Positions 21,681 to 34,243 of a stretch of DNA of 35,796 bases are shown here, in pieces. Under the pieces are notes generated by a model, which saw nothing but the letters and a program-made list of their open reading frames with translations, had not been told where the DNA came from and searched no databases. The position numbers and the translations under genes are program-made. The DNA is taken from positions 192,940-228,735 of the forward strand of contig CAJNOH010000132.1 in NCBI GenBank assembly GCA_905250005.1. Direction: 5' to 3'. The stretch comes from Rotaria sordida. Its lineage: Eukaryota. The number at the start of each line of letters is the position of its first letter. The first letter of the stretch is position 1.

Positions 21681-24600
21681 ATACCGTTATCAGATTGAAA
21701 TAAAATCATTGAACAAGTATTACAACTGACAAATATGTCAACGAATATTTATAAATATGTAGCTTCAAATATAAGGTTATTGGTTCAGGACAAGTAAGTC
21801 TAAAGATACGTATATATGATTTTATATCTTTAACATTCTACTTTTCAGTTCTTAATATTATCTTTTCAAAGTTTGGAGAGTATCTTGGTCTGTCCTTTCT
21901 AGGAACTCGAGCAAAAATCTTTTATTTATTATTAGAAAGTTTTCATTTTCTCAAAAATTTCACCAGAATACTTAGAATACTCGTCGTATTCTGCGTTATC
22001 AGCGATAGAAATGTACCAAGAACAGAGTAGGACTCAGATGGGCTCTGTTTTTAGAAGCTGTCAGGAAATATTATGACAATATTAAAAATTCTAACCAAAG
22101 GCGACAATGAATTGTTTCTAAAATCTATGTCGCCAACACTATGGCTTCCAACGCATTTACCTACATTATTAATGCATATTGAGCAATTTTCCTCTGTGTT
22201 CTGTTCTCATCTATCGATAAATAATAGTCATGCAATGCAGAAGCAATTAGATCAAGAAAGATTTGTGTTACTGTTGTTGATGTTATCGCTGTTGATCATA
22301 GTGCAACAACATATAGAACGCGCACGTAAGCGAGAGAGAGAAAACACAGTTTTGTGCATGTTACCAAACTCTTTCTTTTACTTTTTTTATTCCTTCACTT
22401 CAAGTGCTTTTCATCGGAGAGTGTAGCTGCCATTGAATGTAAGCTTTAATCTATTCTGTTCAATATATGGTTGTATATTTGAAAGAATTTTTCACGTCCT
22501 GTAAGAGCAAAGCTTCTAATAAACATTTATCTAAGCTGATTGAAATGAATTTGACTTGTACAGTGATTAAATTTCTTCTAGAAATCCTCATAGAAGAATT
22601 GAAACCATTTTTTTGTTATTATTACAACTTCTATACACTACATAAATTACATATCGTGAAAAAGAATTTTTTTACGGTGAATGCATCGTATAATCATGCT
22701 ATTCTGAAAAGAAAACCGTTTGAAACATATTGATCTTTTAAATTCTTAAAAGAGTAGATCAAGACCGTAAATAAAGTTTATCTTCAAGCTCTTGAGTTAT
22801 GCTCAAGAGAATATAATTCGAAGACTGCAAGGATGGCTGTAGGACCAATAGTCAATTCACTTGGCATTGTTTGTCAAAGACAAATTTTTGCAATTCCCTG
22901 TCTTTTTTATGTGCCTTGAGTTTCAATCAATCTGGTACTAAAATATTTGCAATAAAACAAGGCTGTCGGATTCAGTCATCATCTACTTATCCTTCTTACT
23001 GAAGCCTTCTCAGTTTGAAAGAATAGGTATTTAGAAAGTGTTCAGATCGAACATTCTGATTATCTAAAACAACGTCGTATACTGTCTAAAATGATGAAGA
23101 AACGGCATGATTGATGCCCTAAACGATGTAAAACGATCGCCATTTTTCATCGTTTTCAGCCAGTTCGTATTACGAGCCAGTTTTTTTTTGTCGTTTATGA
23201 CTCAATTTATCTACTCCGATGTAGTTTTGCTTTTCACTTTGCACATGTTTTCTAATATTATGAAACGTTTTATCACATAGATAGGATGCACACATATACA
23301 TGAATATGACGAAGTGTACCCAAAGTATGCGCGTAAAAATAAATACACACACAGAAAAAAAGAATTATATAGGTGAGAGTAGAACAAATAATGATTTCGA
23401 AATAAATGAGTTTCCTATTATAAGATACACTGATTTCAAGAATGACATATTTTAGAATAAGAGAAGTATCATTGTTATTTTTCACGGTTCTCAATCTTTT
23501 ACGAGCTGTATTTTTCGATGTGAGGGGGCAGATCAAAAGCTGGTACTTGAATGAACTTCTCACTGGGTATCCAGCATACAAAAGAATTAATTCCATCATA
23601 TATGGTACTTGGCTAATAAGAAAAATGACGGATAATGAGTGGTCAAAAATGTGCACTTTTTCTCGATGATTGTTGTTCATCGTGTATCATGACAAAGAGA
23701 CTGTTTTTACTAGAATGTGGTCTAGTTAGTAATGGTAGATAATATCATCAAGCTTTATCGATTGCATATCGTTGGAAAGTGTTTACTGATGATTTTAAGA
23801 CATTTTTTGAAACGATGAAAAACTGTGGGAAAATAACAATAAATGGCAATTATAACGATAATTGTTTCTGCTGGCACGTAAATGATCACCATAAAGGATA
23901 TCACTTATCGCCATATTTCTCCATTTTTACGGCAGATTGTAAACGATCATCATAATGAGAGTCTTTTTCAAGTCATTTACGGATCGTTCTGTACGACATG
24001 GGTGGAGATTGGAGATCTGATTTCGACTCTGAAATCGCTGCCGATAATTTTTTTTTTCGATTTGTCACAGCTTCATTCTTCATATTAATAAATAAAAAAA
24101 AATCAATACATGTCGTATAGATTAATAATGAAGTGTTGAACAGAAACATGAGTGAATCACCTTTCAGTTATAAAACTCAAATGATTCAGTGAGATGAAAA
24201 CGTAATAATATTAATAAAAAAAAATGATGTTAATGTCATTCAAAATACTACAACTGTATTCATCAACAATTCTTCGGTATTTAGACAAAGAACATCCAAA
24301 GCAGGTAAAATCTGTAACAAAAATGGATTTTTAGTAGTAAAAAATTATCGATTTTTTTACACTAATAACAAATAATATGAGTTTATTGATCATTTTATTT
24401 AAGTTTATTTAAAAACTTATGAATATTTTGAACTGATCTTGAGTCCATTATCAACACAAAATGACAAATAAAAAATATAAAAATTTTTATGTATAACTAT
24501 ACTTTTCTTTAACTCATTCAATACCTCATACCATTTACGAAATGATATACAGAACGTAAAAGAAATATTTAGCATTCTGTCGTCGTCTTAAACGACGAAT

Positions 24601-25664
24601 ATTTTACGATGTGCTTCGAGAAAAATCGTTCTCTGTGACTATCAATAATAACGCTGGATTGCAAATGCATCAGATTGTGACGACAGAACGCAAGAGAAAG
24701 ATTCACGCATTTTCCTTTGTGTGCATGCAGAATGTAAGAGAATGTCAGTATTGAAAGGGTTAATATTGCAATGCACAAGCACACGTTTCTTTTCATTGTA
24801 TTACAAAGTTAAATAAAAGAAGAAAAATACAAACAAAAGAAAAAAATAGTTATACATAAAAATTTTTGCACTTTTTGCTTGTCGTACATGCAAAAAGATA
24901 TTCGTTTTGAAAAAAAAGCGAGTTTGAAAAGGATAACATTCATAAACTCGTTTTTTTAGCGAAAAAAACTGAAATTTTTAGTGTAAATAGCGCGCAGTTT
25001 TAGGTATTAAATAAGGTTTCCTCGATTGACAATGTGTAATCTTTTAATAGCATTGTTAAAACATTTTGTAATTTCTCGGAGTTGAAATTGAAATCTTAAA
25101 AAATAATATCTCAGAGTCGGAATCGGGATCATGAGAAAGAAATTTTTCGGAGTCAAAAAAAAAAGTTGACTTCACACGTCTCCAGTAGAAATGCAGTAAT
25201 ACCGATTCTGACCAAGTTTGATTCCAGTTTTAGAGCTGGATTGGTCGTACTTAAGTGTTCTTGAAACTAAACTTGATTTGGGATCAGAACTGAAGCCCAC
25301 CAATTTCGGTTGGCATCGAATGAAATGCGTCAGGACTGAATTTCTAGACAAAGTTCAAAAAACGAGTGTAAGTTGATGAAAAGAGAAACGTCTCATATGC
25401 CTATATCTAAGGTAACGGACAAAATGTATTAGTGCCCTTGTGTATAAGTCAAATGATCTGAACTATTATCTATTTCAAAATAGAAGAATCGTGAGCAGTT
25501 TTTTGAAGAATTTTTAATAGAAATGATATAGTGAACTGCAATTTTTACTATTGGATGAAAAGATAACAATGCGTCGAATCGTATATTACATAATTTTTCT
25601 GGTAAGTTTTCTTAGGGTTTCCAATATAGTTTTTTTGTTTTTTTTGGAAACCAATATATTACCC

Positions 25665-26770
25665 CTAGAGATGGCACTTTCATCTTCTCTCTAAAAGGAA
25701 AAAGAAGTAAAGAGTGAGTTGAAAGATTTTCTTTTTTGTTTTTCGTGTTATGCAAGAGTGAGCCGCATTTCCTTTGCTGTTATATAAAGAGAAAAGTAAA
25801 AGGAAAGTAAAAACAGGAAAGCGAAAGAAAGTAAGAAGAAAATGAGAGAAAATAAAGAGAATGGATTAAAAAAAACGAAATAAGCCAAAAAGAGAGTAAA
25901 ATAAAGGTCAAAGAAAACAAAAAAAAAAGTGAGAGTCAGGCCTGCACGGTGCACGCTCATAAGCGCTTATATGAGCGTGAATATTTATCCTGTTTCGAAT
26001 ACGTGAGTGAAGTTACAATTACTCATCAGTTACATTATCAACTCATTAGCAACGAAAACTTTGCAAGTTTGTCAAAAGAAAGGTAGTTTTCTAAAAGTAA
26101 CAATTTTTTTTATAATGTTTGACCAAAAACAATGAGGCCGAGGAATCCAAATCTCTAGTCGATTTCTCAAAATTTTGAGTTTGATTCTTTTTTTACTAAC
26201 AAAAGCTTTTTTTAATTAGAAAAAAATCATTTTCTTCACAATAAAAATTTTTCTAGTATAAAAATAAATTTTTGTTGCTAAAAAACTTCTTTTTTTTATC
26301 TAGTGAAAAAATCAAACTCAAAATTTCTAGAAATCAATTACAGATTCAGATTTCTCGGTCTCTATTGTTTTTGGTCAAACTTTAAAAAAAAACCGTTGTT
26401 TTTAGGAAACTGCCTTTTCTTTTATGAACTCACAATGCTTCCATTACTAATTAATTGGTAACATGACTGACGAGTAACTATAACTTCCCTCTCCTATTTA
26501 AGACAGAATAAACGTTCACGCTTACATAAGCACTTATGAGCGTGAGCTGTACAGCTCTGACTTTCATTTTCTTTTTTGTCCCCTTTGACCTTTATTTTAC
26601 TTGCTTTTTGCTTATTTCGTTTTTTAATCTTTCCTCATTTCTTTCTTTCGCTTTCCTTTTTTTTACTTTCCTTTTACTTTTCTCTTTATCGAACAGCATG
26701 GGAAATGCGATTCACTCTTTCATAACACGAAAAATAAAAAAGTAAAAGTGACATCTCTAACTGCCCCCAG
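25665..26770. repeat. ~1.1 kb near-perfect palindrome (long inverted repeat/foldback) centred near 26245. The outer arms (25665-25990 and 26505-26770) and the inner segments (26121 with 26350, 26161 with 26330) are all mutually reverse-complementary.
   Basis: The reverse complement of 26701-26749 (cttttactttttttatttttcgtgttatgaaagagtgaatcgcatttcc) matches 25715-25772. gtgcacgctcataagcgcttatatgagcgtgaatattta matches the reverse complement of aacgttcacgcttacataagcacttatgagcgtgagctgtac. gaccaaaaacaatgaggccgagg matches the reverse complement of ctcggtctctattgtttttggtc. tagagatggcac (25668) matches the reverse complement of gtgacatctcta (26750). Confidence 0.85.
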
Positions 26771-27034
26771 TCATCATAACGAATTTTTGATTTTGAAGAG
26801 CGCATTAGAACCGCTGATCGAAGATCTGAAAAACTGTGCAAATTCTAGGTATATTACTTTAATCGTTCAAGAGTTATCGACATTTACTTTAAGCTTCGAA
26901 CCGTTCTTTCGAGAAAATTAGATGGAATTTTGACTTTTTTTCTGTATTTTCATGAAAATTTGCTTTGCCAATTCATCCAAATTCTCAATCGTTTTTGAAG
27001 AAACTCAAGAGAACTGAAAAAAAAAACTAGAGAA

Positions 27035-27185
27035 AAGTCTGTAATATCCGATTCAATGCATCATCATCTTCACTTTTCAATAGGGAAAATTCGCATCATT
27101 CTATCGTGTTCCTATAACAAGTTATTGAAAAAATACTCACGTTTTTTTGTTTTTTTTTCGAAATGAAAAACAGTCATGCTATGTG
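27035..27185. repeat. Dispersed repeat, copy 2; the homologous copy is at 14395-14545. It lies immediately downstream of the palindrome.
   Basis: See the copy 1 evidence. Confidence 0.55.
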
Positions 27186-27319
27186 ATCACGTGTGGCTGC
27201 TATCATATTCCTTGAGATCCGGTTCTGAACGTCCAAAAAATATGACGATACGTTATATTACTAGAAGCATGTAGAAATAACGTATGAGTCATGCAGCTAT
27301 CACATAGCATATTCAGGCT

Positions 27320-27398
27320 GAGTGAAAGTTGGTGTTGGATAATGTGAGTGGATGGGTGTGAATGAAGATAGGCTTTTCATCAACACCCTCACACATAC
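27320..27398. repeat. GT/AC hairpin element, copy E
   Basis: gagtgaaagttggtgttggataatgtgagtggatgggtgtgaatgaagatagg ... cttttcatcaacaccctcacacatac. GGGTGT pairs with ACACCC and ATGAAGA with TTTTCAT. The 5' arm shares the block gtgaaagttggNggtgtt with copy F. Confidence 0.6.
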
Positions 27399-27893
27399 AA
27401 GATATGTTTATCTATTTGGTCTTTAAGGAAAATATGATTAACATGGGATGAGTTTCGTTTACGAGTAGAACAGTTTCATCATGTTTAACATTCTAATCTT
27501 CCAGAGACTATACTGAAAGATTTTTCAACAATAATAAAAAGGGAGCTATTTTTATTGTGAAAAATCTGGAAAAAAGAAGATGTTATAACTCCGCAAGATC
27601 GATTTATTTTGATCGAGAATCTAAAATATATGGAAAATTCCTTCAAGTCTACAACCATCAGCGGACTGATACCTATAATAAAATTGTAACCTAGATAAAA
27701 TTTATCATTTTGGAAATTTACAAGCATATACAATATTATTGTTGAGAAGCAACTGAGTAGTTATGACGAACAATTTGAAGAAGACACCACGTCCATCGGA
27801 AGCAAAGCCCAAAGTAATACAAGTCTTAGCTAGATTTATATATTCTATTCTTTCATTTTCTGTAACTTTCTTGAGAATGACTCAAAAACAAAG

Positions 27894-30800
27894 ATGACAA
27901 CTGTTGACGATGATAATTTCGAAGAAGCACCAACTTGGGCTGCCGTCATTACTATACTCAGCTTTGCTTTACATACTCCAATCGGGTGGTTTCGTGATTT
28001 TCTTCGTTATATTGGCTTGGAAGAGAAAAAAACTGTTATAGATCCAAGTCCAAAGGTTCCAAAATACCTTATAGAAAGTTAATTATTAATGTTTTATTTT
28101 ATAGGATTTTGTACCACTTTATCAAAGTTTCGAGTGCTTCTATACGCGTAATTTCTATACACGTGTTCGTGATGCATTCAATCAACCGATTGCAAGCATA
28201 GCTGGGCCTATAATCGATGTTATGGAACGTGTTTCAGATGATTACAATTGGACATTCAGGTGAGTTTAAATGAGAAAGTCAACAACGAAAAAGAAATAAA
28301 CAAACTCATATGTTAATTTTCATTGATATAGATTTACTGGCAGAAAAATACCAGCCATTAATATGGGTTCATACAATTATTTAGGTTTTGCTGAAAATAG
28401 AGGTCCATGTGCAGAACAAGCTATAAGATCAATTGAACAGTATGGAACTACAACAGGTAGTACTCGTCAGGAATTAGGTATGTTATTCTTTTTATAAATT
28501 GAATCAATATCAATTTATGTATTCATTTTTATATTCATAGGAACTCAACAGTATATGAAAACTCTTGAAGAAATGATGGCCAATTTTCTAGGTGTTGAAG
28601 ATTGTATTGCTTTTGGTATGGGCTTTGCTACAAATGCATTGAATATTCCAGCAATAATGGGCGAAGTATAAAACTATCATCTTGTTTTTGTTTTTTTCAT
28701 CAAAAAAATGTTTTGTCATAGGGTGATCTTATACTAAGTGACAAACTTAATCATGTTTCAATTATTCTTGGTGCTCGATTATCTGGCGCACATATTCGCA
28801 CATTCAATCATAATAGTATGTATCTATATTTAAATTGACCAATTTTGATTCAAATTGATCTTTAAAGAAAAAAATATTTCTCATTTTTCTTCATTATATC
28901 AATGACTTTTAGACATGAAAAATTCTCAATTTGAAATCTAAATACGCATATTAAACTTAGGCAAATAAAAAAAAATATTTTTACCTTGAAAATAAAGTGT
29001 GATTTTTACTCGTCTTATGAATAAAATTCTATTGTTAGTATTTAAGTTTTGTAGTTTGAGTATGAATATGAGTGTAGGTGAAAGTTGGAGGTGTTAGGTA
29101 TTGGTTTGGGTGAAGACAAGACTCACACTCGTACCCAACATGGTTTCAAGTTATGCCTATGTCGCTGCATTTCTGATTTCTATCAGTTTATATCAAGAAA
29201 AATCGAATGTGTAAATGTTGAACTCAAAATTTGTTCAACGAAAGTGTTCTTTCAAGTTTATAAAGATTTCAAAAAACTAGGGTTTCTGAATTCTTTCTAA
29301 AATATATGTGTCTGTTGAGTATTTAATATCTTGAAAACGAAACATTCGTTTCGACGAAAAATTTTCGTGTATATTAGTTAAAAATATATACATATCTTTG
29401 CGATAAAAATAAATACAAAAAAAAAGTCGCTATACATTTCAAGAATGATTAGTAGTTAGATTATGCAAAAATTCAGAATTCTAAAGTCGAGAAAAATTCA
29501 TAATAGTGTAATCAAAAAATTATGCTGCCATTGTTTTCGAATGTATTACATTATGAATAAGAAAATCCTCTGTAGGCATGTTTCAAGAATCGAATGATTT
29601 ATTGGTTGCATATTCCACGATAACGCAATCCGAAATCTTCAAAACCTATAGATAAAAAACTGGAAACTCTGTAGTCCAACCAAACATAATTCTATAGTAA
29701 ATATAAATAATATGCAGTAAGATAAGAAAATCAAAAAGTTTTTTTTTCAATGATAAACTGTGAAACTAATATTTCAGTCTACTTATGCGAGTAGTATTTA
29801 AGTATATGTATTAAGCTATTGTTTTTAATATCATTATTTTCATTTGATGTATCACAATATAAATCTAGCTTGATAGATAACTATATATAGTAACTCGAGA
29901 TGGTACTAAACTAAGTGCTTTTGGTACTGATCTCAATAACACTTTTTTCCACCGGAATTATGTTCTAACTGATATAATTTAGAAGATAATTCACTTAAAA
30001 TCATAGAATATTAAACTATTATTTTGAGTTGCGATTGAGAAATTTTGTTTTTGTGACTTCGATCATGATCTAGTCTCATTGATTGAAATCGATACTAAAA
30101 TTTGATTTCACACATCTCTAATACTAATACTATAATCACGACCAGATGAATATATATTAACATCACAACCATATCATTAATACATATACTTTGATAACAA
30201 TCGTACGGATGGATCGATATATCAGTTTTTCAGGTTACTATTAAAATAAATTTATTAATTCTATTTTTTCGTTGCATATTATTCATATTAGGTTTCTTAA
30301 AAAAATAAAATCATGTGTTCTCTTATCATACATAATTCTATAGTGTCGAGATCCATTGTAGCATTATGACTTTACTATTATATTCTGAGTGAAGGAGAGA
30401 TTCATGTTTCTTGCTATGTAATTCAACACTCGTTACCAATCGTGTTTCTCAAAAGATTCGACATTGTGAAATCAATGAAAATAAAAAAAAACCATCGTAA
30501 TACGGAATAGACAGTGGCTTTAAAAACATGTCCGAGACAGACACAATGAAGTTAATTTCGAATTCCAGACCCTAGTCATGCAGTCGAAAAATCTGCAAAA
30601 ATTGGGCATTGTCGGGTACATTCATTAGTACTGAGTCTATTACCAGCCTTTTATTTATTTATCCAATAGTATATTTGAGTAGAGCATGAAAAATTGCATT
30701 TAATCAATATCGTTTCATTTAAATTCAAGAGTTTTCAGTGCAATAAGAATATAGGAAAGAGATATCACACACACTTATCCTGCCTTCATCTTGGTCATAT

Positions 30801-33147
30801 TTTATTTTTATAAATCACTCAATCTTCCTAATAGTTCCTATTCATCCGAATTCAGATAGAACTATTAAAGTAAGACCTAAAGAATGCTTTTCCGAACTTT
30901 TTATGGAGTAGTCTATGTGAGAAGTGAATCGAAAACTTGATGACGGTCGAAAAACTAACTATAGATAAAATTTGCCTCCTGGTTTAGCATTAAATTTCTG
31001 GAATTTGTTATTGTCAAATTTCTGATCAACGTAGCCAGTTTCATACTTCTAGCCGTTTTGTGAAAAGTGAATTTTGAAAAAAAAAATTTTTTCAAAATCC
31101 TGAAGACAAATAGAAGAGTCATATAATTGTTTTTCGTGAAAATATCGTGATCCAACAATATTATTTTTTACAAAGAAAACGACAGTATTGTGAAAGTCTT
31201 CTGTTTTTGAATTTTATATCGTTTTTCCTAATGAAATTTATTGATTCGGTTTTTAGATATGCAAGATTTGGAATATCAATTACGTGAAGCCATTGTTCAT
31301 GGTCAACCAAGAAAATTTCGGCCATGGAAAAAAATTTTGATTATTGTCGAAGGTGTCTACAGGTAGAACAAATAATTTTTTTCTATTTACTTTTGTTATT
31401 ATTGATTATATGGAATTTTAGTATGGAAGGTTCATTATGTAAACTGCCTGAAATAGTTGCCCTAAAGAAAAAATACAAAGCCTATTTGTATGTTGATGAA
31501 GCTCATTCAATTGGTGCTGTTGGTTCACGTGGTCGTGGTGCTGTCGATTATTGGAATGTTGATCCAAAGGATATTGACATACATATGGGTACATTTACGA
31601 AAAGTTTTGGCTCTGTCGGAGGTTATATTGCTGGTAAAAAGGTATGAGATATTTCTTTATATTAAATTGATCGAGTTTGATTTTTGTCATAGTCTTTGGT
31701 CGATCATATTCGAATTCATTCTCATTCTACATGCTACTCATCGAGCATGTCGGCACCTATCGCCTATCAAATCATTAGCGCACTTAATATTATCACGAGT
31801 CGAGATGGAACTGATGGTGGTAAGACATTATATTTCAAGTATTTTAAAGAAAGAAAACTACAAAATGAACTATTTGAGATATTAATGATGAGCTCTTATA
31901 CAATAAGAATTATCTTAACCTTTTCTTTCTTAATGGTTACCTATAGGTACCACTTTTTTTGAAGTTTTGTTCTTTTGAGCTATAAGACATATAGAAACTT
32001 ATTTTATATCAACAATCCGAACATAACATTCTTCATAATACATTTTATTTGCTATTCAGACAAACATACTATGGTATGGCATGTGCTAGAGCCGTGCCAT
32101 AAGAGAGTATTAACGCATAATTGATCTAACAAATTGGTATTGAACTTCTTCTTTATTTTCCAAATGATTATCAATATGATATATTTATGAACTAGTTAGA
32201 AAAAAAACAAAAATACTTGAAAAGAAACACGAACGCGAGATGAAAATATCTGAACAATATCCAAAGAAGAGAATGTTTCGAAACTAAGTAAAGGTAAAGG
32301 AGAGGATACATATATGCGTGTCGTACTTGTGGGTGTAGGTGTGGGTGTAGATGGAGTGAAAAACGACACTGAACACTCCAAACACAGTGACATCAATATT
32401 CCATACTCACACTGACACTCACACATACAGCTTGTGTCCATTTTGTTGTAACTTTCACAAGTATTTCTATACAATAAAATTTATTGAACATTTAACACAT
32501 TAACTATATTAACACTTAACTGATGTGATTCAAACTTTTCATGTGTATATTATAGACCATTATGATCACAATGCTAAACGAATTTCAGTTCTAGACCTTA
32601 AAATTTAGCCATGAAAATGAAAAGATTAAATGTATTTGATACTATTTTTAGGTCAAAAACGTATTCGACAATTAGCTCGTAATGTTCATTATTTTCGTCG
32701 TCAACTTGTCGATATGGGCTTTATCGTATATGGACATAGAGATTCGCCGGTTGTTCCAGTGATGCTCTTCATACCGGCTAAGGTTGGGTATGAAATTATA
32801 CTCTTTCTTTTCTTTTTGTTTCGTATGTTCATTGTTTTATTATATAGAGCTGTCAATCGAGAAATGTTGAAACGTGGATGCGCTGTAGTGACTGTAGGTT
32901 TTCCGGCTACTAAGGCTAACGAATCACGTATACGATTTTGTCTATCGGCCAGTCATACTAAAGAAATGCTCGATTATGTAATAGAGAAGATATCTGAAAG
33001 ACATAGTTGAACGATTTTATTTTTCTTTTTTCACAGGTTTTGAGTGTTTTCGATGAAGTGGGTTATCTTACTGGACTTCAATGTTCAAAACGAAATCCAC
33101 AACGTCGTTTAGTTGAACTCAATCCTGAAGACTATCTTGAAGATTAA
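27894..33147 (+). CDS. SPTLC2: Serine palmitoyltransferase catalytic subunit (LCB2/SPTLC2-like), 506 aa, 11 exons: 27894-28055, 28105-28259, 28332-28477, 28541-28665, 28722-28815, 31257-31362, 31422-31641, 31693-31819, 32652-32787, 32848-32986, 33037-33147
   Basis: Exon translations align throughout to SPTLC2: [134 protein letters not shown]...[27 protein letters not shown]. The PLP-lysine motif GTFTKSFG is present. Then [51 protein letters not shown], and the C-terminus [10 protein letters not shown]...LNPEDYLED. Every junction is GT-AG with consistent phase. Intron 5 is 2.4 kb and intron 8 is 0.83 kb; the others are 50-70 bp. Confidence 0.9.
29058..29145. repeat. GT/AC hairpin element, copy F, in SPTLC2 intron 5
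   Basis: gagtgtaggtgaaagttggaggtgttaggtattggtttgggtgaagacaag actcacactcgtacccaacatgg. Confidence 0.5.
32328..32430. repeat. GT/AC hairpin element, copy G, in SPTLC2 intron 8
   Basis: gtgggtgtaggtgtgggtgtagatggagtg aaaaacgacactgaa cactccaaacacagtgac...ccatactcacactgacactcacacatac. Confidence 0.6.
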
Positions 33148-34153
33148 TATATTTTATCATTTTAATACGTATTATTTATTGACAAGAAACTATTTTTTTT
33201 TCCTTACATGACAAATGAAATCAACGTTAATCTCGTGATTCATTTCGACGATCGCTCTTCGCGTATTCTCCGCAATTTTTAATGCCACATTCATATTATC
33301 TCTTTTAATCATTTTTTTTTCATATGCATTTGAACAACCTTCAATAAAACCTATTCAAGGAAAAATCTTAGTTGAGCAAACTCTAGTGTTATTCTTAGCG
33401 AAACATGTACAATAAGATGACTTTAAGAATCAACTAAGCTCATTGATAATATTCTACAAATGATCGATTTTATTTTCTATATTCATTGATGATATTGTAT
33501 AACTTTAACGAGATATTGCGCAGCAGTCACATATTTTTCTTGCATTAAGTGACCAAGAAAGACTATTTTAGCATGGAATTTTCTTGCATAAAGTTATATT
33601 GATAAAGTTCACAAATTTCTTGATGATTTCTTTATTGACATTCTCAGTAATTATAATTTTACGAACTCATTCGTACAGTAACTCATTTTTTTTATCGAAA
33701 CTTTGACATGTACAATTTACTTGAAAATTTCAACAAGAAGATATTAATAAAAGTAAACCACTTCATGGCATATCTCAAGAAAATCTTCAGCTGAAAAAGC
33801 TGAGCGTCTATATATGACAGTGAATATAATTGTGAGTGCACGAAATTGTATGAATAGTGCGAATGTAGATGTAATGGTAAGGCAGTAGTGCGATCTACGA
33901 GCAGTAGTCGATACATATCTGATCGGTAGAAGAAATGGTAAATTCAAGCGAAAATGTACCATTTAGATCCAAAAATGCCTACTTTTAGGTATTTCTAAAA
34001 CTAAGATAGGTAACAATCAATGCAGTAGAAATTTATGTTTGATGTCAGTGAAAAAATGGTCAAGGCAAGAGAAAATATTGGTGGTCATTATAGAATAATG
34101 ATGAACCATAATAGAAAAATAACTTAAAAAATACGAAAAATGATTGTCACTCT

Positions 34154-34243
34154 AGGGTGTGCATGTAGGGTAGGTGTGGATGTGGGTGTGAGTTGATTTT
34201 CTCTCAACCCACACCCACACACAACCACAACTACAGCCACACC
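34154..34243. repeat. GT/AC hairpin element, copy H: ~40-nt arms and a 7-nt loop; at least 16 bp pair contiguously from the loop with one mismatch
   Basis: gggtgtgcatgtagggtaggtgtggatgtgggtgtgagttga ttttctc tcaacccacacccacacacaaccacaactacagccacaccc. Confidence 0.75.

Noticed and set aside
25748-26745. Two ~70-aa mirror-image ORFs (25748-25960 minus, 26536-26745 plus) with similar Phe/Leu-rich products
   Set aside because: They are the two arms of the 1.1 kb palindrome read on opposite strands. They are low-complexity (poly-F/L) with no motifs, an artefact of the inverted repeat and not genes.
28816-31256. Small ORFs inside SPTLC2 intron 5 (for example 29085-29300) and the minus-strand ORF 30955-31158
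   Set aside because: They have no recognisable domains, low-complexity composition, and lie within an intron bounded by well-supported splice sites.
6706-34243. All hairpin copies occur in the same orientation (GT arm first on the plus strand)
   Set aside because: This carries no information. An inverted repeat is its own reverse complement in arm order, so every copy shows the G-rich arm first whichever strand it was inserted on.
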